A stretch of DNA of 64,000 nt from contig CM052817.1 in assembly GCA_028534125.1 (NCBI GenBank), positions 97,218,001-97,282,000 of the forward strand, given 5' to 3'. Source of the DNA: Lama glama. Lineage: Eukaryota. Under the pieces are notes generated by a model. The model worked only from the letters and a program-made list of their open reading frames with translations. It ran no database searches and was not told the origin of the DNA. Numbering within the stretch: the stretch's first letter is position 1; the number at the start of each line of letters is the position of its first letter. Positions 53,401 to 64,000 of the stretch are shown here, piece after piece. The position numbers were made by a program, and so were the translations under genes.

Positions 53401-55865
53401 TTACAGAATGGAAAACTGTTTTTGCTCTATGGGATTGAAGCTTTTGCTTTAAAAATGTAAAAACTGTGCCAGTTAACATTTGCAAATGTTTCTAAGTAAT
53501 TAACAAGAAATGCCTTTCATTTATCAAGCAAATGAAGATGTGACTGTTTAAATTTTCATTGCTGAATGAGGCTAATTTTAGAATTAAGAATGGCTTGAAG
53601 ACTGGTAGATTAAGAAAACTGTATGTTGAAAGAAATCTCTGATTATTAAAAAATTTTAAACGTTGTTCACAAAAGTGTCTCTCGGTTTCTCTGGTGGTGC
53701 TGAAGATGAATTGTAAAGAGTTTCCAGGGGAGACAGCAACGTGCTGGGGCCGGTCAGGAAACGAAGGAAGATGAACCGAAGTCGGTTGCTAGGAAGTGGC
53801 TCCCCGAGTCCTAGCCTGAATTCAGGGACGTTTCCTAGTATCTGCTGTAAGAGCTATGAGACAGATGGACAAGGCGTGCATTCCAAAGAGATCAACCAGA
53901 GCTGCCTCAGCCATCCTCAGATGAGACACTACTTTTAAAGTCTCTAAGGAGGCCAAAAATCTTTCCAGTAAAGTTGGATTCAGATTTTTTGATAAGAATA
54001 CGAAGGGCTGATTTTCATAGTCGGGGTTGAGGGAGCCCACAGCAAGTGAAGACTGTGGTCTGCTGATGCTGAAGTTGGATGGAGTGGTCTGCGCTTGGGA
54101 AGGTGGGCGGGTCTTCCGCAGGACTTTTCGGCACAGAACTGTTCCTTTGCAGATGACGCCCCACACAAGCACCGGTGGGAGCCACTGGGCCATTGGATGG
54201 AATCAATGCACAAAGAACACAACCAGGATTCATGCCACCAATTATAGAGGGACAGGAGTCAGAGAAAGGCATCCAGATTTGCCACCACCTTGTGCAGTAG
54301 ATGTAAGTCACAAAGTTGCCGAAGCCACTTTAAAGCAAGGAGAGAGAACTCCAGGGGTTTGGGCCATCGTCAATACCGAGGGCGCTCTTCAGTGCATGGT
54401 TGTTAAATTTCCACTGCTAACCTGGCCTATAATAAATTTCTTCATTCTGAGAGGTTAGCTCTTTGAAAACAAGGCCAGTGCCTGCCTTCTCCCTGCTACA
54501 GTGGCAACATCACGGGCAACATCTGGAATTTTGGAGGTGCATGATGGATACTTGCTGAGTGAATCAATGGGAAGGTACATCAGAGATGCTCTTTTTAAAC
54601 ATTCTGAAACCTTCTCTCCTAATAATTACCTGGTAATAGAATAACTGCTTATCTTCATCACTATGTAAGCGTGGTTTTACAATATTACGTTCTCAAAACA
54701 AACACTGTACAAAACACTGAAGGAGGAACATGCAACAGTTACATCCTAGAGTCTCTTGTTTTTGTGACCTAACTCAGCCACTGGCTTTTACATTTGTTGT
54801 TGGCAGATTTTCTTTTCAGAATAATGAAGCAGCACATTCGGAAGAAACCATTTTTATTAGCTCTGCTAGTTCAGCTTTTAAGAGCCTCTCTGTCGAAATG
54901 TAAATCATTATTTTCCAGTCAGCAAACATCCTGACTCTTCTTCCATCTTCAGTCCCCCAATTTATGACAGACAATTTTTACTTTCCTTTTTCAATCACTG
55001 TAATGCATATGTATTTTGTAACTTGACAAAATGATAAAGAAATTTAAAAAATCTGTTAGAACTGGGTTATTAGCCTTTAAAAGGTAGGTTACCTGCCCCA
55101 GAAAAATCATCACCTTGAAAGATACTAATGCCATTAAGTATTGTACTGATTTACTGCAGAAGACTGAAGGGCTGTTGGAAAGTTAGTTGACTTTCTGTAC
55201 ATTATAGAGGTGAGGGCAGAGGACTTTACTGTAACATAATCTGCACCCTCTCCCCATTTTATAATCACAATATATTACTGTGAAGATGAAGAGAAGAGGA
55301 TATTTATTTAGAATGCCAAAAAGCAGATTACTAGTCTCTAGATTTTTCAAAAAAAAAAAAAAGACTACGTTATATTCCTTACTGCGCATGCCTGCTAATT
55401 GAAAGTGAATGAAATCAATGATCAGAAGCCTGAGAAAACAGAATCTGTGGCAGATGATACAAGTGGACCCTAGAGAAGAGGCAGAACATGTCCCAGAGTG
55501 ATGGATCCATGCTTTCTGGGCGGCTGAGTGCAGTAAACCTGAGTGGTGTGGTTTTTTTCTTCCTTTCCTGCTGTCTCCATGTCCCTCCGCCCTCCTCTTC
55601 CACAAGCCCAGAGCTCACCCTCCATCCTAGAGCCTGGCTCTTGGGGACAGGGGCTGATTCAGGTTTAGAGAGATGTTCTATAACCTTACACAGTAATGGG
55701 TAATTTAAAAAAAAAAGATTTAGATTTGTTTTATTTATGCTTTTTGTGTTTTCTTTTGGTTTGTATGTTTTCCAAGCTGCTGTATCAAAAAGTCTCGAAC
55801 TGTGAAATAAAGCCTTAAGGGTTCTGTTCCAAGAGGCATGAAAAGCTATTATTTTGTTTTGTCAA

Positions 55866-56365
55866 NNNNNNNNNNNNNNNNNNNNNNNNNNNNNNNNNNN
55901 NNNNNNNNNNNNNNNNNNNNNNNNNNNNNNNNNNNNNNNNNNNNNNNNNNNNNNNNNNNNNNNNNNNNNNNNNNNNNNNNNNNNNNNNNNNNNNNNNNNN
56001 NNNNNNNNNNNNNNNNNNNNNNNNNNNNNNNNNNNNNNNNNNNNNNNNNNNNNNNNNNNNNNNNNNNNNNNNNNNNNNNNNNNNNNNNNNNNNNNNNNNN
56101 NNNNNNNNNNNNNNNNNNNNNNNNNNNNNNNNNNNNNNNNNNNNNNNNNNNNNNNNNNNNNNNNNNNNNNNNNNNNNNNNNNNNNNNNNNNNNNNNNNNN
56201 NNNNNNNNNNNNNNNNNNNNNNNNNNNNNNNNNNNNNNNNNNNNNNNNNNNNNNNNNNNNNNNNNNNNNNNNNNNNNNNNNNNNNNNNNNNNNNNNNNNN
56301 NNNNNNNNNNNNNNNNNNNNNNNNNNNNNNNNNNNNNNNNNNNNNNNNNNNNNNNNNNNNNNNNN
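55866..56365. other. Assembly gap (500 N)
   Basis: Run of exactly 500 N. Confidence 1.
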
Positions 56366-56563
56366 GTCTTGAGGAATCTCCATACTGTTTTCCATAATGG
56401 CTGCACCAAACTACATTCCCACCAACAGTGTAGGAGGGTTCCCTTCTCTCCACACCCTCTCCGGCATTTAATGTGCGTGGACTTTTGAACGATGGCCGTC
56501 CTGATTGTTGTGAGGTGATACCTCATTGTAGTTTTGATCTGCATTTCTCTGATAACTAGCGAT
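56366..56563 (-). mobile_element. Young L1 ORF2 fragment running into an assembly gap
   Basis: Uninterrupted [59 protein letters not shown], the ORF2p Cys-rich domain. Confidence 0.92.
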
Positions 56564-57584
56564 AATGAAGCTCAGCAGGATTTTAAAGAAAAGTGTTACC
56601 ACTGGTAGCAAGAGGAAGGGAAGGGGCCCAGAGAAAAGGGAAGAGGCACATTTTATGGCTTTACTTTCTGAGAACTATAAACCTGCTCCTTCCTTCCTCC
56701 ACTTTCTAAGGGAGAGGCTAGTTTGGGGACCTGGTTGGGATTACATGCTAACCAACTGATAACATGGGGGAAAAATATTCTCAAGTGTTTTGGATTCCTG
56801 ATGTCTTTAGAACGGGATGGCTAATTCAGTTCTCCAAGTCATGACCATTCACTAACAGAAAATGTCTTCCAAGTATTATACAGGGTTGCATCTCCCTTAT
56901 TCCCTAAGAGAGGTAGGAGAGAAGACGAATAAATAAAAAAGCCTGGACAGGCCTGCTTTGCTAGGAAAACAGAAGTGAGATTGGAACATATATTAGAAGG
57001 TTTTAATTTAATGCACACATTTAATTAAAAAACTGCTTCACATTAAAAGCCTGAATTTTTAATATGGTCATATTATCCACTTTAATATAATCAAATCGCT
57101 TGCATTTCTTTTTGCCCAAGTTAAAACAGAAAGTGAGGCTTCAAAATAATTTTATTAAAGAAAAAACAACATATGTTACCATGAGTGGATAATTAGTAAA
57201 AGTTAATTATTCAACCTATGAACCAAAAGTAGTTAAATTATAACTTGAACCTAAAGAAAATATGACTTTTATAAATAATAATTTCCATTCTGCCCATTTT
57301 TGACCCTGCTTTCAATGGGCTCAAGATTCAAGGGAAGAATTTTCTTTGGTAAAATGTTTTACACCAAGATCCACAAAACCCAGCCTGCGTGTACGGAAAC
57401 CAACAACAACGTATGTGAATTCTGTATTACGCACTGTGCCAAACCTCACACACAGATCATTATAGACAAAAGTCAAAAACCTGGGTACCACAGCTGCCAC
57501 TGACAGACAATCTGGGCCATTAAAAAAAAGCCAATCTTAAACAGGGGCCCTGGGTCACACAGAAGAGTGATGTTGGGCACCAGC

Positions 57585-57905
57585 TTTGACCAAGGACCGA
57601 GATCTCAGTCTGGCTCTGCCACTCCCTGGAGTTGTGGCTGTGGGCCAGCTCTTCAACCTCTCAGGGCCTCCATGAACTCACTTCTAAAATGGATGGATTA
57701 ACAGAATGTATTGCACAGTGCTATGTGAGGTTAAAAAGGCATGATACACATGAAGCAGAATGCTGAGAACATGCAACCCTCAAAAATGCCAGTTAATCAT
57801 GCATTCATTCAACAAATGGCCATAGAACATTTACTTGTTACCAGGCACTGTTCTAGTCACTGGGGATAAAGTCATGAACAAAACAGACCAAAATTCCCCC
57901 AAGAT
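57585..57905. mobile_element. MIR fragment followed by an L2 3'-end fragment
   Basis: ctggctctgccact...aacctctcagggcctc, then cattcattcaacaaat...ccaggcactgttctag. Confidence 0.6.
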
Positions 57906-57973
57906 AGAATGTATAGTCTAGCAACATCTCACACTCAAATAGTGCTTACAATTATTTACTATTATTGCTAAAC

Positions 57974-58179
57974 CAGCAGGTCTCAATGCCACCCAGGGGA
58001 CATTTGGCAGAGTTTGGAAACATTTTTGCTTGTCACAACTGGGGGAGAAGGGACAGCTACTGACATCTAGTAAGTGAAGACCAGGGAGGCTGATAAACAT
58101 CCTATGACACACAGGATGGCCCCACAGCAAAGACCGATCTCGCCCCAAATTCCAACAGTGCAGAGGCTCAGAAACTCTG
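57974..58179 (+). mobile_element. MER20 (opposite orientation to the 50.2 kb copy)
   Basis: ccagggggacatttggca...ttgtcacaactgggg...gctactgacatctagt...aaacatccta...aacagtgcagaggctcagaaactctg. Confidence 0.85.
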
Positions 58180-58999
58180 TTCTAAAGGTTATGCGTTGAC
58201 TCAGTTAATCCTGAACACAACCCTAAGGGGTAGGAATTATAAGTATGGCTATTTCATTAGTATTTTATAGTAACCGATAGTAATTCTATTTTATGAAGTG
58301 ATTATATAATATTTATAGCAGTATTTACATACTGTATGTAAATATATTATGTAATATCTGTAAAGTTATATAAAAATCATATCAAGATACTTTAAAACAC
58401 ACCTCAGCACTCTGTCTGTGTGTGTAAATTCAGATGGAAGATTTTACAAAACTGATTCCAAGTTCATTTTATGACCAATGGTCACACCACTGTGCTATTT
58501 AGACTTTAATCTCTCCCGATCCTCACTCATGTGCTTCAGAAGGTGATCTTTTGTGCCCCATCTGCGCTAATTAAGATGTCAGAACAAGGAAGCAGCGTGG
58601 TCCATCAGGAACACCAGATTGGGAGTCCCAAAATCCAAGATCTAGCTTCACTGTCTCACTGGCTGTGGCACCTTGGGGCAAGTCACTTCACTTCTCTGGG
58701 AACCTGAGGTTCACCATCACCAAAGACATGGGGCAATTGTGTCCTTCAGATGGTGTGTGACAGTGCTATGGGACCTGCAGTGACCACCTGCTGACATGAA
58801 CTGAGTGGTCCCTTGTTTTCACTGTACACTAACTCATTTACTCCTCACCACAGCCTCGGAGGCAGGTACGTGGATCAGTGCAAGTTGAAGATAAGGAAGC
58901 AGGGGCACTGAAAGGTGGCAACTTGCCCCTGGATTACAAGGTCAGGAAGTGGTGGAACGAGGGTTCTCATCATAGCTACGATTAATTTTCCTTCCTTTC

Positions 59000-60480
59000 C
59001 TTGTCTCCCAGCTACTCAGTCCTTTCTACTGAGACAACCACCATTACTAGTTCTTGTATATCATTCCAGTAATGTTCTATACAATATACATTCCTCTTTG
59101 AAAGCAGATATGCAACTTGTAGTATACAAAACACAGTATTTTGCAACCTGATTTTCTTCACTAAACAATAAATTGGAAATCAGTCCACAGAGCTCCTTTT
59201 ATTCTTATTCTGAAGAGTATTCTGTAATTTATTTAATCAATTCTGAACAGATACATATTTAATGTATGTCTGATATTTAATAATGCTACAATGAATATCT
59301 TACGCATGTATCATTTCTTACGTTGCCAGAATATACTTAAAATAAATTCCTGAAAGTCGAATTGGTGAGTCAAAGGGTGTGTGCCTTTTAACATGTTATT
59401 GAAATAGCTAAACTGCTCTCCATAGGGGTTATAGCAATTTATAAGTCCACCTAAAATGCATGAGATCAACACTGAGTTTCACTTTTACTTCTACATTCAT
59501 CAAATATATCACAAATTATTCCATCTTTGCCATTTGTAAAAAATCATATCCCACATTTTAAATTCACATTTCTCTTACTAGGATTAGATCGGCAATTTTT
59601 TCACGTGTTTCAAGAACCAACTGTATTTTTAAAAATCTATGTTTTGTTCATATTCTTTTTCCATTCATTCTTATTTTTCTAATGAGTTGGTTTCTTTCTC
59701 TTATAGAATTATAGGAGTTCTTAATCCACGTGAGAAATAAATGCTTTGTCTATGAGTTGCAAGTATTTCCCCTCGGTTTCTTATTATTTGCCTTTGCAGT
59801 AATATTTGATTCGTAAGTACTGTTGATTTCCTTAATTATTTCATAGCTTCTGAGTTTATTTCATACTTTAAAAAGTCTTCTCCACTTACAGAGTATTTAA
59901 AAAAACCCATGTTTTCCGTTAGGACTTCTGTGTTATATTTCAAAGTTGAAACCTTTGAAAGACCAGAATTTATTTTGGAGGACAGTTAGGAGTTTGGATT
60001 CCAGGTTCTTGTTTTCCAGATGGCTTCCCAGTTGTCACAACAATTTCTATTGAATAATCTATCCTTTTCCCACTGAGCTGAAATGCCAACTTTATTATGT
60101 ACAAAATTCTCACATTATTGGAATCTCTTTCTTGCCTTTCTGCTGATCTGACAATCAATAAACAAACACACAGACTATTTTAATTACTGTAGCTGCATCA
60201 CATGCTGTATGATGTGGTAGAGCTAGATGCCCTCATTATTCATCTCTTCCAGAATTTTTCTGGCTGTTCTTTAGGAACTTAGAATCACCAAGTGGTATTC
60301 TTGTTAGACTTGGGTAATATTTATAAATTACCTTAGAGAAAACTGATACCTTTAGGAAGATGAATCTTCCCATCCATGGACATTGTATACTTTTGTGTTT
60401 GGTTCAAGGCTTTACCTCCCCCACTCTTTTGGTGAGCTCCTTTGACATTTTTTAAGTTGTTTTTCATATAGGTTTTCTTT
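59000..60480 (-). mobile_element. Ancient L1 (L1M-type), degraded (boundaries approximate)
   Basis: T-rich tract with aatgctacaatgaatatctt, aattggtgagtcaaagggt, ccagttgtcacaacaatttctattgaataatc and aatcttcccatccatg. Confidence 0.6.
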
Positions 60481-60793
60481 ATTACATTTACTCCTACAGT
60501 CAGGAATATATTCCTATCAGGTTAATGTTATCACATACAGGTCTTATTTCTAAACAGATATGTCAATGAAAACTGTTAGCTACAGTTTTATATGTCATTC
60601 ATTTTTTTTTGTTTGTTTTCATTTCGGTTTATATGCCCAGTTCTTGAAACCTTAGAAAACTCAGAGTTGAAAACTTCACTAGGACCACAGCCACATAACA
60701 TACTTCTTTTTAACCTCTTCTAAGAAATACTTTTCTCCTAAGTGTTTTAGCACAAACACAGAACTTACCAGATTTTTAGAAATCTTTGCTTCA

Positions 60794-61027
<234 letters not shown>

Positions 61028-61569
61028 TTAAAATAAAGACTATCATTTTAATATAAAGTACTAATATGCATTACCAGGTAATGAAACTTCCTCTTCCATG
61101 CCTTGAAATCTCTTTTTCAAAAAAGTAGAAAGCAAACATGTTTGCCAATACCATAGGAACAGGAATGGTCAGTTTAAGACAGCTGACACTTTAGGTTACA
61201 GATGATAAGTTTAACACTACACTTACTTCCTATAGGTCCTCATGTAAGTGGAGTCACACTCCCCACTGTTTGAATTTCTCGGCAGGCGCCCTTTCAGGCG
61301 ACTGTGCACATTTCATTCAGACATCACCCGCACCAATCTAAACAAAGGCCCTGCTGTGGCTGTTTAAGCTGCTCTGCCTCCACCCTCCTCCCCGCTCTGC
61401 CCCGCCCCATTTACACATGTGATTTCAGTGGGAAGACTTGCCAATTATACAACTGGAAATGTTCAACTATTTCATTCTGCAAGCCAGACAGGCACCAAGA
61501 GGATTCAGACATGGAATACACTTAAAGAGTGGCACCTACTGGCAACATGTAAAATTGTACCCTAGCTCT

Positions 61570-62700
61570 ATTACTTGTTTATGTATTCAAAAACAAAGTT
61601 ACTGACCATCCACTGGGGACCAAGCACCACTAGAAACAATGGGAAATAGCACTGAATCAGACAAAGTCCTGGCCCCTGTGACCTTTCAATGAAGGGGAGA
61701 CAGTCAACAGACAAGGTCATTAGGTAAATCATAAAAACGTTGGACAGTAGTAGGGGCTAGGGGAAAATGAAGGGAAGGGGCATATGACGTGGGGGAGGAG
61801 GGAGGGTGTCGACATTTCAGAAAGAGTGCAGGGAAAGCCTCGCTGGAAGGTGTTTTTTAAATAAAGGTCTGAAAAAGGGAAGGCACTAATTGCATGGACA
61901 TCTTGAGGAGAAAATATAGAAGGGCAGAGGGAGACCAAAATGAGGGGGGGGGGCGGTTACCTGGCATGTTTAAGGAATAGCCGAGTGTGAAAGACATAAA
62001 GAATGAGTGAACAGTAAGAAGAGATGACAAAAAAGTCTAGTGTGAGTCAGATCATGTAAAGCCTTGAGGATCACGTTTAAGACTTTGAGTGAGATGCGAA
62101 GCCATTGGCCTGGAGAGCTTCGAACAGAAAAATGACTTGATGGGATGTAACTTTAATTGGATCGCTCTGGCTGCTGTGCAGAAAACTGACTGCACAGGAA
62201 CTAAGGACAGAAGCAAGGAGACTGGGGTGGGAGGCTGTCCCTATAATCTAGGGGAAGATGATGGCAGGTTGGGTTAGAGAGGGAGCAGTGACAGTGATGA
62301 AAAGTGGTCAGGCTCTAGAGGAATTCTGAATGTAGGGTTGCTAGAATTTGCTGACAGATCTGTGATCAAGGGGAGTTAAAGATGCATTAAGATTGTCAAA
62401 AACTGAACTGCCATGAATTAAAATGGAGACCATGTGGCTGATGGGGAATTACCCCAGCTCAGCCTTCGACAGGCTACGTTTGAGACAGCTGAGAGGTGTC
62501 TAAGTGAAAGTGCCAAGGGGGCAGTTAAATACACAGGTCTGGAGTTCTGGAGAGGTCTGGGCTGGAGATGGCATCAGCCTGTGGTCATGATTTTAAGTCG
62601 TGAGACTGTGTGAGACCATACAGAGACTGGAAAGAGAAGAGGTCTGAGGACTGAGTCATGGGTCACTGGAAACATCCAGACAAAGTAGAAGGAGACTCAC
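61570..62700. mobile_element. L2 fragment (boundaries approximate)
   Basis: Purine-rich strand of L2: cagatcatgtaaagccttg, gggagcagtgacagtgatgaaaagtggtcagg, gaatttgctgacagat. Confidence 0.7.
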
Positions 62701-64000
62701 TGAAGACTGACTGGACCATCACACTCCTTTGGTTGAGAATTACTAAGTAAACTGCAGCAAATACCAATAAAAGTAATGTGTATTACCTAATGGTATTAAA
62801 GTAATTTAACCTAGAGCACATTCTCAGTAACATGATGGTAAATCTTAGTAGTGATGATCACAATAAAACAACAGTCATAGAACAGGGAAATCTATCCAAG
62901 TGAAGAAAGGAAACTCCACCATTATAATAATCAAAGGACTTCCTAAAAAAACTGAAGGCTCTTAGTGAATGGAGGTAGGGGTGGATAATTACATAAAGGC
63001 AATCAATATCCATGGTAAAGACTAAAGTCAATTAGAAGAACATTTCACAGAATCCTAAGACGTTGCTACTTTAAAAATAAGATTTTAAGGCCCTCTTATA
63101 GCACCATCTTATTTAAACCTTACAACAACCCTATGACATATGTAAGGCAATTATTACTGCTATTATTCACAAGAAGAAACTCATGCTAGAACTGGTCAAG
63201 TGACTTCCCAAAAAAGGTGGAGCTGGAAGCAGAATTCAGTAAGTCTGACAATGAGGCTTTTCTGAACATCAATTTGCAATATAATTTACAGATGGTCCCA
63301 CAGGACACTGAAAAGTGCTCTTTGGAAACAATAAGCAAAGAAACATTCCTTGAATGAGGCACACTCTACATTATCACCCACCGGCAACCAGCATTATATG
63401 CCTTTTTTCCCATGGTGTGAAATGAAATACAAAACCAAAGATTTCATCGATAACTCACAATGAATTGAATAAACTTTAACTTCCAAAGAAATAACTAAAT
63501 GTCATTTTAATTGGTTTCATTTCAGCAAGTGTTTACTGGGGACCTACTATGTGTGCAAAGCCACGAAACATTTGCATAAGGGACTGGGGTAGTCTATAGT
63601 TCTTTCCATTTCTGTGAACCTATGTGACAGTTTCTTCATTGTAGGCATACAAGAATGCATAAGAAATGCCTGCCGTCTTATGAACACACTAGAAGATTCA
63701 AAAACAGACTCCTAAAAGCTAGGATTGCTCTATAAGGATTTTTTTTTAATGAATACCTTTAAAAAGTCCATGTTACTGTAACAACTGCAAAAAATTTCCT
63801 TCCAGGTACTGCATCTAAAACAGTATAGCTGGTTTCTACCAAACGGTGTGGCCACAGTCACCAATTCATCTTCCACTAACAGGGCGGGAGAGTTGTAAGG
63901 GACCGCTGCAGGGATATATCACACCAGTCTTGGGACAAATCTCAGTCATGTGTATTTTTGTTGTGTAAACATTAAAAGATTTAAATTGCACTTACACAAA

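Noticed and set aside
55815..56544. Long ORFs of 172-231 aa
   Set aside because: Artefacts of the N gap plus an L1 ORF2 remnant.

Overview
Mammalian genomic DNA, most likely from a camelid (alpaca, llama or camel), judged from several copies of a tRNA-derived SINE of the Vic-1 type and artiodactyl-type L1 3' ends. The window lies inside NR3C2 (mineralocorticoid receptor) on the minus strand. It holds five coding exons equivalent to human exons 4-8: second zinc finger, hinge and most of the ligand-binding domain. Their sizes are 117, 351, 145, 131 and 158 bp, all with GT-AG boundaries, and they splice into one open frame. Exons 1-3 lie beyond the right edge and exon 9 beyond the left edge. The rest is intron, containing L1, L2, MIR, SINE, MaLR LTR and DNA-transposon relics, microsatellites and two 500-N gaps. 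I found no convincing new biological system. The most interesting items are a candidate chimeric retrocopy (12.7-13.3 kb), a nested composite of old repeats bracketed by a perfect 17-bp direct repeat (30.4-32.5 kb), strong GC3 enrichment in exon 7, alternative-splicing options around exons 5-7, and a near-consensus MR/GR response element in intron 6. Repeat family names and human comparisons come from memory, not from a search.
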